Source of the DNA: Planctomycetota bacterium
GTDB lineage: Bacteria; Planctomycetota; UBA11346
Assembly (NCBI GenBank): GCA_038213805.1
Contig: JBBQSO010000034.1
Span: 1 to 51,669 of the forward strand
Reading direction: 5' to 3'
Length of the DNA stretch: 51,669 nt
The position numbers were made by a program, and so were the translations under genes. The notes beneath the pieces are model-generated. The model saw only the letters and a list, made by a program, of their open reading frames with translations, ran no database searches and was not told the origin of the DNA. This document shows positions 1-10,048 of the stretch, in pieces (position 1 is the first letter of the stretch; every line of letters starts with the position of its first letter).

Positions 1-152
1 CTGTCGACCGAGGTCCTACCCCCGCGTCTGCAAGTCGCAGTACGGCCGATGGCGCTTCGAGCGGAAGGCGAAGCCAGGGGAAATGCGGGACGCCGCGTGA
101 CTTCATGCCGGTGTCTCAGCGCACTAAGTCAACGGCATTGCATACCGTGAGG

Positions 153-336
153 GGAGGTCCGGAAGTCCGGAAGTCTAGGAACTCGACGTCCGGACTCGCT
201 TTCACCGATCAGCTTGGGATCCGGGTGCTCAAAACGTGGAGGTCATCCGCGGGCACGGATGCCTGACGTTAAGATCACGGTCAGCAGCGGACTTCCGGAC
301 TTCCGGACCTCCGGACCTCCGGACCTCCGGACCTCC
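153..336. repeat. Inverted pair of octamer tandem arrays: (GGARGTCC)x3 at 153-176 and (GGACYTCC)x6 at 289-336, around a 112-nt spacer
   Basis: Read directly; the arms are reverse complements; the right arm ends 3 nt from the DUF1080 stop codon. Confidence 0.95.
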
Positions 337-339
337 GAA

Positions 340-1050
340 CTATTTCGCCGCCTGCGGCACCTTGATCTTGAGGTTGCGGAACCACACCTGGTTGCCGTGG
401 TCCTGCAGACAGATGCGGCCACTGGCGGCCATGCCGTAGTCGGGCATCGACTTGAACTTGCTGGCGTCGACCAGCGCCTGCCAGGCGGGGCTGTGCAGCT
501 CGTACTCGACGACCTTGGTGCCATTCAGCCAGTGCTCGACGTGGTTGCCGGTGACGATGAGTTCGGCTTCGTTCCACTCGCCCTGGGGATGCACCACCTC
601 CTTGCTGCAGGCGATCAGCGCGTAGGCCGCGCCCGCCGAGGTCTTGGGGTTGTGGCCGTCCGGGTGCTTGGCGTTGTCGAGCACCTGCATCTCGGGACCG
701 GATTCGTAGGGCGCGCCGTGGGCCTCGGTGACGTGGAACATCACGCCGCTGTTGCCGCCGGACGAGATCTTCCACTCCAGCTTGAGATCGAAGTCCTGGT
801 ACTCGTCGCGGGTGACGAGGTCGCCGCCGCCGTTGGGCCGCGCGAGGGCACCGTCCTCGGCCTTCCAGCCATCGGGCACCTCGGTCTTCTTGTATCCGCG
901 CCAGTGTTCCAGGCTCTTGCCGTCGAAGAGCAGCGACCAGCCCGCTTTGACCTCGTCCGGGGTCAGGGTGTTGAGGGCGGGCTCGTCCGCGGCCCGCAGC
1001 GCCATGGCGCCGGTGCAGAGGACGAGGAAGACTGCGGAGAAGACGCGCAT
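340..1050 (-). CDS. Secreted DUF1080 (3-keto-disaccharide hydrolase family) protein
   Basis: Signal peptide; motifs GWSLLFDG, GNSGV, GPEMQVLD, GEWN, HWLNG, ICLQDHG, FRNLKIK. Confidence 0.9.
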   Translation of the reverse strand: MRVFSAVFLVLCTGAMALRAADEPALNTLTPDEVKAGWSLLFDGKSLEHWRGYKKTEVPDGWKAEDGALARPNGGGDLVTRDEYQDFDLKLEWKISSGGNSGVMFHVTEAHGAPYESGPEMQVLDNAKHPDGHNPKTSAGAAYALIACSKEVVHPQGEWNEAELIVTGNHVEHWLNGTKVVEYELHSPAWQALVDASKFKSMPDYGMAASGRICLQDHGNQVWFRNLKIKVPQAAK

Positions 1051-1258
1051 GAAAGGCTCCTTGGCGCCGCCGGAAAGGTGGCAGGCCAGAGCAGATACGG
1101 CCGGATGCGGAATGGTGACATCCCTGGTCCTGCGTGCACGGGCGGGTGTATCACCCCGGAGCGGTGCGCACGCACCAGGAAAGCCACTGGCGGCACCACG
1201 AGCGACCCAGGTCCGACCCCGCGCGTTCAGCCCATCGGCCCTTCCGCCCCCCCTCCCC

Positions 1259-2041
1259 TTATCCCTTCTTCTTGAACATCCACCGCCACAGCATCACCAC
1301 CGGATCATAGTAGCGGTCGGCGACGCGCTCCTTGAGCGGGATGATGGCGTTGTCGGTGATCTTGATGTGCTCGGGGCAGACCTCGGTGCAGCACTTGGTG
1401 ATGTTGCAGAAACCGATGCCGCCGGTGTGCTTCAGGAAGGGCTCGCGGTCGGCGGTGTCGACCGGGTGCATCTCGAGCGAGGCCGCGCGTACGAAGAAGC
1501 GGGGGCCCGAGAAAACGTCCTTCTTGTCATGGTCGCGGATGACGTGACAGGTGTCCTGGCAGAGGAAGCACTCGATGCACTTGCGGAACTCCTGCGAGCG
1601 TTCGACGTCGACCTGCTGCATGCGGAAGGTGCCGTCGGCGGCGACGCCCGCCGCACCGCGCTTGGCCGGCGTGAACGGGGTGATCTTCTTGTTCTGCTCG
1701 TAATTCCACGACACGTCGGTGACGAGATCCTTGATGCTCGGGAAGGACTTCATCGGCGTGACGGTGACGTCGCCATCGGGCAACGACTCCATGCGCGTCA
1801 GGCACATCAGGCGCGGCTTGCCGTTGACCTCGGCGGAGCACGAGCCGCATTTTCCGGCCTTGCAGTTCCAGCGGCAGGCCAGGTCCGGCGCCTGGGTCGC
1901 CTGGATCTGGTGGATGGCGTCCAGCACCACCATGCCCGGGCTGATCTCAGCGGTGAAGGACTTGAACTCGCCTGTGCCGCGCTCGCCGCGCCACACCTTG
2001 AAGGTGCGCGTGGCCGCTGCGGCGGTTCCGATGGAGCTCAT
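1259..2041 (-). CDS. sdhB: Succinate dehydrogenase/fumarate reductase iron-sulfur subunit
   Basis: WNCKAGKCGSC, CIECFLCQDTC and CNITKCCTEVCP Fe-S motifs; ATG at 2041 overlaps the sdhA stop. Confidence 0.93.
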   Translation of the reverse strand: MSSIGTAAAATRTFKVWRGERGTGEFKSFTAEISPGMVVLDAIHQIQATQAPDLACRWNCKAGKCGSCSAEVNGKPRLMCLTRMESLPDGDVTVTPMKSFPSIKDLVTDVSWNYEQNKKITPFTPAKRGAAGVAADGTFRMQQVDVERSQEFRKCIECFLCQDTCHVIRDHDKKDVFSGPRFFVRAASLEMHPVDTADREPFLKHTGGIGFCNITKCCTEVCPEHIKITDNAIIPLKERVADRYYDPVVMLWRWMFKKKG

Positions 2042-3855
2042 CAGCCGATCTCCTTGATCACGCCCTGCAGTTCGTCGGTGAGCGGCTTGATCGGCTCGCG
2101 CCGCAGCTGCATCGCCCCGTCGGCGGCCTTCTTGATGATCATGTTCACCTCGCCGAACTCCTTGGACTTCTCGGGGAAGTCGTCGCGGAACTGCGCGCCG
2201 CGGCTCTCCTTGCGCTCGATCGCGCAACGCGTCAGCGCCTCCGAGACGGTGAGCAGGTTGGAGAGGTCCATGCAGGTGTGCCAGCCGGGGTTGTACTCGC
2301 GATTGGCGGGCGCGGCGACCTTCAGCGCGCGTTCATTGTAGCCCTTGATCTTCTCGAGGGCGGTGAGCATCTCGTCCTCCTTGCGCACGATGCCAACCAG
2401 CGCCTGCATGCTCTTCTGCAGGTCCTGCTGGAGCTTGTAGGGGTTCTCGTCACCCTTGGGCGCATCCATGAAGTGCAGCGCCCAGTCCATGGACGCCTTG
2501 ACCTCGGCCTCGTCGATCCAGCCGGGCTGCTGCTGCTGCGCGTACTTGGCGGCGTACTCGCCGGCGCGCTTGCCGAACACCAGCAGGTCGGAGAGCGAGT
2601 TGCCGCCCAGGCGGTTGGCACCGTGCAGGCCGGCGGCGGCCTCGCCCGCGGCAAAGAGCCCGGGCACATTCGACATCTGCGTATCGCCGTCGACGCGGAT
2701 GCCACCCATGGTGTAGTGCGTGGTCGGGCCGACCTCCATCGCCTCGGTGGTGATGTCGATGCCGCCCAGCTCCATGAACTGGTGGTACATCGAGGGCAGC
2801 TTCTTCTTGATGTACTCGCGCGCGTTGGGGATGCGCTCCTTGATCCATGAGATGTCGAGGTAGACGCCGCCGTGCGGGCTGCCGCGGCCGGCCTTGACCT
2901 CGCGGTTGATGCAGCGCGCCACGTGGTCGCGGGTCAGCAACTCGGGCGGGCGCATCGCGTGCTTGTCGCCCTGGGTGTAGCGCCACCCCTCCTCGATGTC
3001 TTTGGCGGTCTGGTTGCGGTAGTTCTCGGGGATGTCATCGAACATGAAGCGCTTGCCGTCCTTGTTGCGCAGGACGCCGCCTTCGCCGCGCACGCCCTCC
3101 GTCACCAGGATGCCGCGCACCGACGGCGGCCACACCATGCCGGTCGGGTGGAACTGGATGAATTCCAGGTCGAGCAGCTCGGCGCCCGCGTGGTAGGCCA
3201 GCGAATAGCCGTCGCCGGTGTACTCCCACGAATTCGAGGTGATCTCGAACGCCTTGCCCAGGCCGCCGGTGGCGATGATCACCGCCTTGGCCTTGAACAG
3301 CACGAAACGGCCCTTCTCGCGGTAATACCCGAGCGCACCGACCACGCGCTCGCCATCCTTGAGCAGCTTGGTGATGCAGCACTCCATGTAGACGGCGACC
3401 TGCGACTTGTGGACGCTATGGTCCTGCAGGGTGCGGATGATCTCCAGGCCGGTGCGGTCGCCGACGTGGGCGAGGCGCGGATAGCGGTGGCCGCCGAAGT
3501 TGCGCTGCAGGATCTTGCCGTCCTTGGTGCGGTCGAAGACCGCGCCCCACTGTTCAAGCTCGCGGACGCGGTCGGGGGCCTCCTTGGCGTGCAGCTCGGC
3601 CATGCGCGAGTTGTTGACGTACTGCCCGCCGCGCATGGTGTCGGCGAAGTGCGTCTTCCAGCCGTCGCGATCATCGACGTTGCCGAGCGCGGCGGCGACG
3701 CCGCCCTCGGCCATCACGGTGTGCGCCTTGCCGAGCAGCGATTTGCACACCAGGCCCACCGAGCAGCCCGCGTCGGCGGCCTCGATTGCCGCGCGCATGC
3801 CCGCGCCGCCAGCGCCGATCACCAGCACGTCATGTTCGAAGGTCTGGATTTCCAT
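2041..3855 (-). CDS. sdhA: Succinate dehydrogenase/fumarate reductase flavoprotein subunit
   Basis: GAGGAG FAD motif, KAHTVMAEGG, QFHPTG, HYTMGG, HGANRLGGNSL, ESRGA. Confidence 0.95.
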   Translation of the reverse strand: MEIQTFEHDVLVIGAGGAGMRAAIEAADAGCSVGLVCKSLLGKAHTVMAEGGVAAALGNVDDRDGWKTHFADTMRGGQYVNNSRMAELHAKEAPDRVRELEQWGAVFDRTKDGKILQRNFGGHRYPRLAHVGDRTGLEIIRTLQDHSVHKSQVAVYMECCITKLLKDGERVVGALGYYREKGRFVLFKAKAVIIATGGLGKAFEITSNSWEYTGDGYSLAYHAGAELLDLEFIQFHPTGMVWPPSVRGILVTEGVRGEGGVLRNKDGKRFMFDDIPENYRNQTAKDIEEGWRYTQGDKHAMRPPELLTRDHVARCINREVKAGRGSPHGGVYLDISWIKERIPNAREYIKKKLPSMYHQFMELGGIDITTEAMEVGPTTHYTMGGIRVDGDTQMSNVPGLFAAGEAAAGLHGANRLGGNSLSDLLVFGKRAGEYAAKYAQQQQPGWIDEAEVKASMDWALHFMDAPKGDENPYKLQQDLQKSMQALVGIVRKEDEMLTALEKIKGYNERALKVAAPANREYNPGWHTCMDLSNLLTVSEALTRCAIERKESRGAQFRDDFPEKSKEFGEVNMIIKKAADGAMQLRREPIKPLTDELQGVIKEIG

Positions 3856-3906
3856 GGGGTCGATTCTTTGGCAGGGGTCGTGAAGGAGGCGAGGGCCAGC
3901 CGCGGC

Positions 3907-4812
3907 TCAGAAGAAGCGCACCTGCGGCCAGATGCCCATCGCCACCAGGCGCACGTAGATGTCGGCGAAGCCGACCATCACCAGCGAGGCCATCGCCCAC
4001 ACGGCGTGGTTGCGGTTGAGGAATGACACGAAGCTCCACGCCTTGAAGCGCACCGGGTTGCCGCAGCTGAAGCAGTCCTTCTTGCCGCCGACCAGGTGGC
4101 GCAGGCTGTGGCAGCCGAAGGTGTAGCCGGCGATCAGAAGCGGGTTGATGAGCAGGGTCAGCGACACCAGGCTCATGCCGAAGACGTGGTGGTGCGGCTC
4201 GAGCGGTCCGCTAGCGCTGAACGCCGGATTCGGCTGACCGTTGGCAAGGAAATGGTAATTGGCGAAGGCGCTGTTGTCGGCGTTGACCGGGAAGAAGTGC
4301 GCGAGGATGCCGTCGTAGAGCAGGACGAAGACGAAGATGATGGCGAGGTAGAGGAAGTAGCGGTGCAGGTTCCACAGGATTAGCGGCAGGCTGTTCTCGC
4401 CCCAGTAGGATTTGCGCGGCTCACCGACTGCGCAGGCGACAGGATCGAACCACAGCGAGCGGTAGTAAGCCTTGCGGTAGTAGTAGCAGGTCAGGCGGAA
4501 GCCGGCCGGCCCGCCGAGGATGAGCAACGCCGCCGAGAACGGCAGGATGCCGGTCGGCCACCACGACGGCGCGATGCCGAAGATGGCGTGCGGGCTGGTG
4601 CCCCACAGCTCCGGTGAGTAGAACGGCGACAGGTAGTTGGTGCCGGGTACCCAATAGTTCCCGCCAATGAAGGCGGCGATCGTCGAGTAGATGAGGAAGG
4701 CGAGCAGCAGCGAGCCGGTCGCCAGCGGACCGAGCCACCACTGGTCGGTGCGGAGGGTAGCACCAAAGCCGGATCCCTGGGGTGCTGCGACGGGCGACGA
4801 GATCTGGTTCAT
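3907..4812 (-). CDS. Sdh1-type membrane anchor subunit (Rv0249c-like)
   Basis: YLSPFYSP, FRLTCYYYRKAYYR, NLHRYF and TFGCHSLRH motifs; several TM helices; first gene of the sdh operon. Confidence 0.85.
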   Translation of the reverse strand: MNQISSPVAAPQGSGFGATLRTDQWWLGPLATGSLLLAFLIYSTIAAFIGGNYWVPGTNYLSPFYSPELWGTSPHAIFGIAPSWWPTGILPFSAALLILGGPAGFRLTCYYYRKAYYRSLWFDPVACAVGEPRKSYWGENSLPLILWNLHRYFLYLAIIFVFVLLYDGILAHFFPVNADNSAFANYHFLANGQPNPAFSASGPLEPHHHVFGMSLVSLTLLINPLLIAGYTFGCHSLRHLVGGKKDCFSCGNPVRFKAWSFVSFLNRNHAVWAMASLVMVGFADIYVRLVAMGIWPQVRFF

Positions 4813-5063
4813 GGGATGACAGGCTTAGCGTCTGGGAGACCTTCCCTCCAGTGGGAGGTGCGCAAGGCAGGCTGGCATGTCGGAAGTGACGCACGTGCAT
4901 GCATGAGTCGGGGCGTGTGGAGCGGATCCATGCATGAAAAGGGCTCTGCCGGGCCAAAAGTCCTGGACAACTGCCGAGGATTTCGGCCGTCCGCCTCCGG
5001 GGCACCGCCCATCGCCCGCTCCGGCCAGAGCCCCTGAAGTGCCCATGCTACTCGCTAGTGGCC

Positions 5064-8009
5064 CTACCCCCCCTCCCCGATTACCCCCAAGCGTTCCCGC
5101 ACCAGCTCCCGCTGCCCCCCTGCCGTCAATACCTGGATCAGCAGATCCCGGTCCGCGATATCCACCTTCGCCAGCGCCGCCGTGATGCCCCGCACCTGCG
5201 CCTCCGCGGTCAGGTAGGTCGACAGCACCTCCCACAGCCGCTCCGGCTTGAGGTAGGTCTGGCACCAGGTCAGGCCCTCCTTGTAGACCATGCGGCTGGC
5301 CAGGCGTTTGGCGAGGATGGCGACGCGGTGGGGGCGCGGGATGCGCGTGGCGAGGCGGTCGCGGAACTTCTCGACCAGCAGGCCGGGACAGTGCGCCTCA
5401 AGATGGCGCTGCCAGTGCGGCTGGAAGGCCTGGTCGTCGAGGTGTTCGTTGATCGCCGGCTCGAGCAGGCCGCTGACGCGGTTGATCTCGTCGCTGAATT
5501 GCGGCGACAGCGCCGACAGGCCGACTTGGCGGCCGCGCCGCGTCCACGCCGACAGCAGCGCGCGCGCCTCGTCGTCGGCGCGGTCGCGGATGATGCCGAT
5601 GACCTCGCGCACGTAGCGCGGCTTGTCGGCGATGAACTCCGCGTCGCTGATCACCAAGCCGGCGAGGACTTCGTAGCTGGAGCAGATGACGCCGCCCTTG
5701 TTGGCCGATGAGTCCTTGATCACCACCAGCCCGGCGCGTTCGAGATTCGTGCGCGCGATGGGCGTCAGGAAGATGTTCGCACCCTCGACCATGGCCTTGG
5801 CACTGGGCTTGCCGTCGGCGCCCAGGAAGGCCTCCCAGTTGCCGTCGTTGATGGTGTAGGGGCGGCCGCCACAGGGCAGGAAGAGATCAGCAACCACGGT
5901 GTTGTGCAGGGTGTTGCGCACCAGTTCGCCGGCCTTGTCGGTGGCAGGAACAACGCGCGCGCCGGGGCCGCGCAGGCGCGCGGGCGCGAACTTCGCGATG
6001 CCCTGGCTCTCGTCGACCAGGCGCAGCAGCTCGGGCCAGGCCAGCCCGGCGGGGTCGTGGGCGGCGCCGGTGCCGTCGCTGATCGCCAGGACCTTGACGC
6101 GCGCGCCATGCTCCCGGTGCAGGATGCGCAACAGGTTGCCGCCGACGTCGCCGTCGGGGCCGCCGGTCATCTTCACCGTGTAGTCGCCCTGGTCGACGAC
6201 GCCGGCGAGCGGCAGCACGCGTTCGACCCAGCGGAAGATGCCCTCGCTGGTGACGCCATATTCCTTGTGGTTGATGCCGCTGCCCGGTTTCGACGACATC
6301 AGCGTGGCGTCGTGCGGCAGGCCGCGCTCGTGCGCGCGGCGCGCCACCCACACAATGCGCTCGGGCGTCATGTTCTCGTCGGGGCCGAGGAAGATCAGGT
6401 CGCTCTCGCGGGCTTCGCCGTGCGGGCCGACGACCTCGGGCACCTGGCCCGGCGGCAGGATCAGGTCGAGCAGCGCGTCGACCAGCTGGCGCACCGCGGC
6501 GCTGGCGTCGCCGCCGGGCTCGACCAGGGCGATGCACTTGCTGCCACCTTCGGGGATATCCTTGTTCTTGAGCTGCTGCGCCCACGCGAGGTCGTAGACC
6601 TCCTTGAGCAGGCCGTCGCGTGCGCGCTCGTACTGTCCGGCGTTGCGCGGCATGAGGATGCGCAGGCCGCCACGCGCCGAGGCGCGGAAGCGCACGTGGA
6701 AGCCGCGGCACTGCGGCCCGGCGAAGAAGAACACCCCGTACGGCCGCTGCGGGAAGCGTTCCGGCGGCAGGATGGTGCGTTCGAGCTTGAAGGCCAAGCC
6801 GAGGCGGTCACGGCGGTAGGCGTTGGTCAGGCGCACGCCGCCGACGAAACGCAGCATCGCCTCAAGCACCGCGGCGTGGCTCTGCACCTCGCAGGCGCGC
6901 GCGCCGGCGAGCAGGGCGCTGAAGCGCTTGTCCCAGACCGCGCGGGGCAGGATGTGGCCGGGCGCGAAGCGGCCGGCAAGCAGCGCGCACAGCGCGCGGC
7001 ACAACTCGATCTGCTGGCGCAGCACCTCGGCGCCGGCGTCGTCGACATCCAGGTAGCGGTGCTCGGCGGACAGCAGTTGACCGCTGAAGGCGATGGCGGC
7101 GCGCAGCACTTCGAGCTCGTCGAGGGTATAGGTACCGTCCTGGTGGAGCTGCACCAGATCGTCGCGGTACTGCCGGCGCAGCGCATACAGGTCGGCCTCG
7201 ACCAGCGCGGCCGTGCGCGCTGACAGCGGCTTGCCGCTCGCCCCGGCGAGGTAGGCGGTGGCGACCAGGGCGCGCTCGCTGCCCTCGACCGCCGGCACCA
7301 GGTCGAGGTAGCCGCGCACCAGGCGTACGTCGTAGCGCGCGATGATGCGCGCGATGTGCTCGAGCAGTTGCCAGGCCTTGACCCCGCTGGTCGCGGCCAG
7401 GAAGCGGGTCTCGTGCTTGCCATCGACGAGGTGGTCGACGGCGAGGTGCAGGTCCTCGCTGCGCGCCAGCTGCAGCCAGGCGCGGATGTGGCGGACCACG
7501 CGCTCGACCGAACTGCGCGCCAGGTAGCCTTGGTCGACGGCGTCGAGGTAGCGCTCGGCGCGCACGCTGCAGCTCTGGTCGTGGCCGCATACCGCGGCGA
7601 GCACGGCTTGGCGGTGGGCGGCCAGGTCCGCGGCGACCGGCGCCGCCCCGGGACCGTAGCAGAAGGCATAGATGAAGAGCTGCTGGTCGCGGCTGACGTG
7701 CAGCTCGACACGGTGGATCGGGCGTTCGCCGACCAGGCGCATGACGTCGAGCAGGGTGTGGGTCGCGGGGCGCCCGAAGACCAGGATCTTGCCGGCGCTC
7801 TGGTCGTCGAGCAGGGTCAGGCGCGAGTCGTGGGAGCGGCGCAGGGCGTGGATGGTCTCGAGGTGGCGGACCTGTTCGGCCGCGTCGGTGCACTGGAAGT
7901 AATACCGGGGCATCTGAGCCAGGAACCAGTGGACCGAAGCCCCGAGGTCGCCCAGGACCTGGTCCTTGATGAGGGCGGTGAGCTCGCTGACCCGGTGGTC
8001 GCGTGACAT
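5064..8009 (-). CDS. Large NAD-specific glutamate dehydrogenase (~981 aa)
   Basis: GFHVRF..ARGGLR, QQLKNKDIPEGGSK, LGPDEN, GINHKEYGVTSEG, GGPDGDVG, VEGANIF, KDSSANKGGVICSSYE; AAGGAG RBS before ATG at 8009. Confidence 0.92.
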   Translation of the reverse strand: MSRDHRVSELTALIKDQVLGDLGASVHWFLAQMPRYYFQCTDAAEQVRHLETIHALRRSHDSRLTLLDDQSAGKILVFGRPATHTLLDVMRLVGERPIHRVELHVSRDQQLFIYAFCYGPGAAPVAADLAAHRQAVLAAVCGHDQSCSVRAERYLDAVDQGYLARSSVERVVRHIRAWLQLARSEDLHLAVDHLVDGKHETRFLAATSGVKAWQLLEHIARIIARYDVRLVRGYLDLVPAVEGSERALVATAYLAGASGKPLSARTAALVEADLYALRRQYRDDLVQLHQDGTYTLDELEVLRAAIAFSGQLLSAEHRYLDVDDAGAEVLRQQIELCRALCALLAGRFAPGHILPRAVWDKRFSALLAGARACEVQSHAAVLEAMLRFVGGVRLTNAYRRDRLGLAFKLERTILPPERFPQRPYGVFFFAGPQCRGFHVRFRASARGGLRILMPRNAGQYERARDGLLKEVYDLAWAQQLKNKDIPEGGSKCIALVEPGGDASAAVRQLVDALLDLILPPGQVPEVVGPHGEARESDLIFLGPDENMTPERIVWVARRAHERGLPHDATLMSSKPGSGINHKEYGVTSEGIFRWVERVLPLAGVVDQGDYTVKMTGGPDGDVGGNLLRILHREHGARVKVLAISDGTGAAHDPAGLAWPELLRLVDESQGIAKFAPARLRGPGARVVPATDKAGELVRNTLHNTVVADLFLPCGGRPYTINDGNWEAFLGADGKPSAKAMVEGANIFLTPIARTNLERAGLVVIKDSSANKGGVICSSYEVLAGLVISDAEFIADKPRYVREVIGIIRDRADDEARALLSAWTRRGRQVGLSALSPQFSDEINRVSGLLEPAINEHLDDQAFQPHWQRHLEAHCPGLLVEKFRDRLATRIPRPHRVAILAKRLASRMVYKEGLTWCQTYLKPERLWEVLSTYLTAEAQVRGITAALAKVDIADRDLLIQVLTAGGQRELVRERLGVIGEGG

Positions 8010-8170
8010 GGTGTGCTCCTTGGGAGGAGTGTACCCCCGCCCGGTGCGGGCATGGTCGCTGATCGGCCGGGCTGGTACAACCAATTCACCGACGTACCGT
8101 GCGCTGCCGCAGGAAGGCGCACGCGGGGACTCAGACGGGACGGCCGTCCCACGCTGCGCAGGGATCGAGC

Positions 8171-8536
8171 ATGGACATCGAAATTGCCCTGTCGCGCAGC
8201 ACCTGGGAGTGCGATCATGCAGCACTGGCACTGGGTAAAGCGCTCGGTGCGCAGCAGCGGGAGTTGCTGCGTTTCTGGGATTGCCTGACGCCCTGCGATG
8301 CGCTCGCGGGCCCCGATGGACGCTGCGCCATCACCGCGCTGGTCTGGGATGTGGGTAGCGGCACGGGCAGTGCCGTACTGGAGTTCGCCTGGCGCGCAAA
8401 CCACGGCTGCCGCGACATCGTCGTGACGGGCAGCGACCGGCTGAAGGTGGCCCTCGCGCTCGACGCGCCCCGCGGCCAGTTGCGCATCTCCGCGACGGAC
8501 CGGCCGCCAACGCCGACCACACGCGACGAGCTCTGA
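8171..8536 (+). CDS. Hypothetical protein (121 aa)
   Basis: ATG at 8171; host-like codon usage; divergent from gdh; no recognised family. Confidence 0.6.
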   Translation: MDIEIALSRSTWECDHAALALGKALGAQQRELLRFWDCLTPCDALAGPDGRCAITALVWDVGSGTGSAVLEFAWRANHGCRDIVVTGSDRLKVALALDAPRGQLRISATDRPPTPTTRDEL

Positions 8537-8646
8537 GCCGTACGCCCGGCGGGCCGGTCGGCACGTCCTGCGCTCTTTCTTATCGCGGCATGGGGCTTCC
8601 GCTTCGCGGGTGCTCCACCCGTACGATATCCAACGGAGACGCGGTC

Positions 8647-8832
8647 ATGGGCATCCAGCAACGTGCTTGGCATCAAGGCTACCGCCTGGCCCGCGCCATG
8701 CGCCTCGCGCTACGTGAGATCGGCGAAACCACCGGGCCCTACGGCTACCTGGCGGCGACGCCCGGCTTGGCCCGCATCCCGCCGCGCCTGCGCGTCTCGG
8801 TGATGCAGCGCTGCGGCCGGGTCGCCATCTAG
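8647..8832 (+). CDS. Small basic hypothetical protein (61 aa)
   Basis: GGAG before ATG at 8647; GC3-rich codons. Confidence 0.45.
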   Translation: MGIQQRAWHQGYRLARAMRLALREIGETTGPYGYLAATPGLARIPPRLRVSVMQRCGRVAI

Positions 8833-8978
8833 AAGACCCTCCGGTCAGGGGCCCACGCCCGCGGCGAGCGCATCATGGCGGCCAGCCGGGGCTTGGCAGC
8901 ATCCCGGAAGCGGGCATCATCACCCGGCAGGCCATCAGCGCGCGCGCTGGACGTGTGGCCTCTGGAAGCGGCGAGCCG

Positions 8979-9539
8979 ATGCATGCGATCCCCGTCCTGC
9001 TGACTTCACTGCGCCTGGCGCTCGCACCGGTGGTGGTGGCGCTGGCGTGCTGGCATCCGCTGCCCGCAGCCTTCGTGGCCATCCTGGTGATCGCGCTGCT
9101 GAGCGACATCTTCGATGGCGTGATCGCCCGCCGGCTCGGGATCGCCACCCCCGCTCTGCGCACCTACGACAGCCTGACCGACGTCACCTTCTACGCCGCC
9201 GTGCTGGTCGCGACCTGCGTGCTCCATGGTCACGCGGTCGCCAATGCTGCCATGCCGCTGGCCTTCTTCCTGGCCACCGAACTGGCCTGCAACGTGGTCT
9301 CGCTCGTGCGCTTCGGGGCAATGCCGGCGACGCACTCCTATGCCGCGAAGGGCCTGGGCCTGGTGTTCTTCAGCGGCTTCGCGCTGATCCTGGGTTGGGG
9401 TCTGACCACGCCGTGGTTCCTCATCATGATGCTGGCGGGCGTGGCGGTGAACGCCGAGATCCTGCTCATCCTGGTGCTCGCGCGCACGCGGCCGGTGGAT
9501 GTGAAGTCGGTGTTCCACTTGCAGCGGCGGCAGGGGTGA
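8979..9539 (+). CDS. CDP-alcohol phosphatidyltransferase family protein
   Basis: LTSLR..., SDIFDGVIARR...YDSLTD signature; hydrophobic. Confidence 0.88.
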   Translation: MHAIPVLLTSLRLALAPVVVALACWHPLPAAFVAILVIALLSDIFDGVIARRLGIATPALRTYDSLTDVTFYAAVLVATCVLHGHAVANAAMPLAFFLATELACNVVSLVRFGAMPATHSYAAKGLGLVFFSGFALILGWGLTTPWFLIMMLAGVAVNAEILLILVLARTRPVDVKSVFHLQRRQG

Positions 9540-10048
9540 GCGCGGAACCGCCACGGCCGGAGCAAGCTGCGCGCCGGGGTCTCCCGCGCATCGTCGGCAT
9601 CATCGCCATCGCCGCGGCGTGCGTGCCGTTTCTCTACTTCCTTGCGTTCTGCGCGTTTTTCCTCACCACAAAACCCATCGCCCTCCCCAGCGATGTTCGG
9701 TGCTATGCGTACACGTGGTCCTCGCGCGCTCAGCTCGTCGTCCACCGCGTGCGCTTCTTCCGCCACCCCGCCCTGGTCGGCTCTGGTGCAGCAGAGACGT
9801 CCGTCACGTACACCTTCTTCCCGCTCGCATACCGATTGATCACCGGCACTGGTGAACCCGTCGGGATGGCCGAAACGGCACGGATCCGCGCATGCCTGGC
9901 TTGCGCGCACGTGAGCGCCGGCGAGGGCATCATCCGCGTCAGCGCTGGTGAGGCCGTGGTACGGCCACGCGCGGGCTGGTGGCATATGGCGGAATCCGTG
10001 CCCGCGGTCAAAGATCCTGAAGTGATCGAGGGGGAGTGGGAACCGTGA
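9536..10048 (+). CDS. Hypothetical membrane-anchored protein (170 aa)
   Basis: GTGA overlap with the upstream stop; one N-terminal TM helix. Confidence 0.55.
   Translation: MSAEPPRPEQAARRGLPRIVGIIAIAAACVPFLYFLAFCAFFLTTKPIALPSDVRCYAYTWSSRAQLVVHRVRFFRHPALVGSGAAETSVTYTFFPLAYRLITGTGEPVGMAETARIRACLACAHVSAGEGIIRVSAGEAVVRPRAGWWHMAESVPAVKDPEVIEGEWEP

Noticed and set aside
1..150. Possible structured RNA or gene end at the window start
   Set aside because: Short stems are present but match no recognisable family, and the context is truncated
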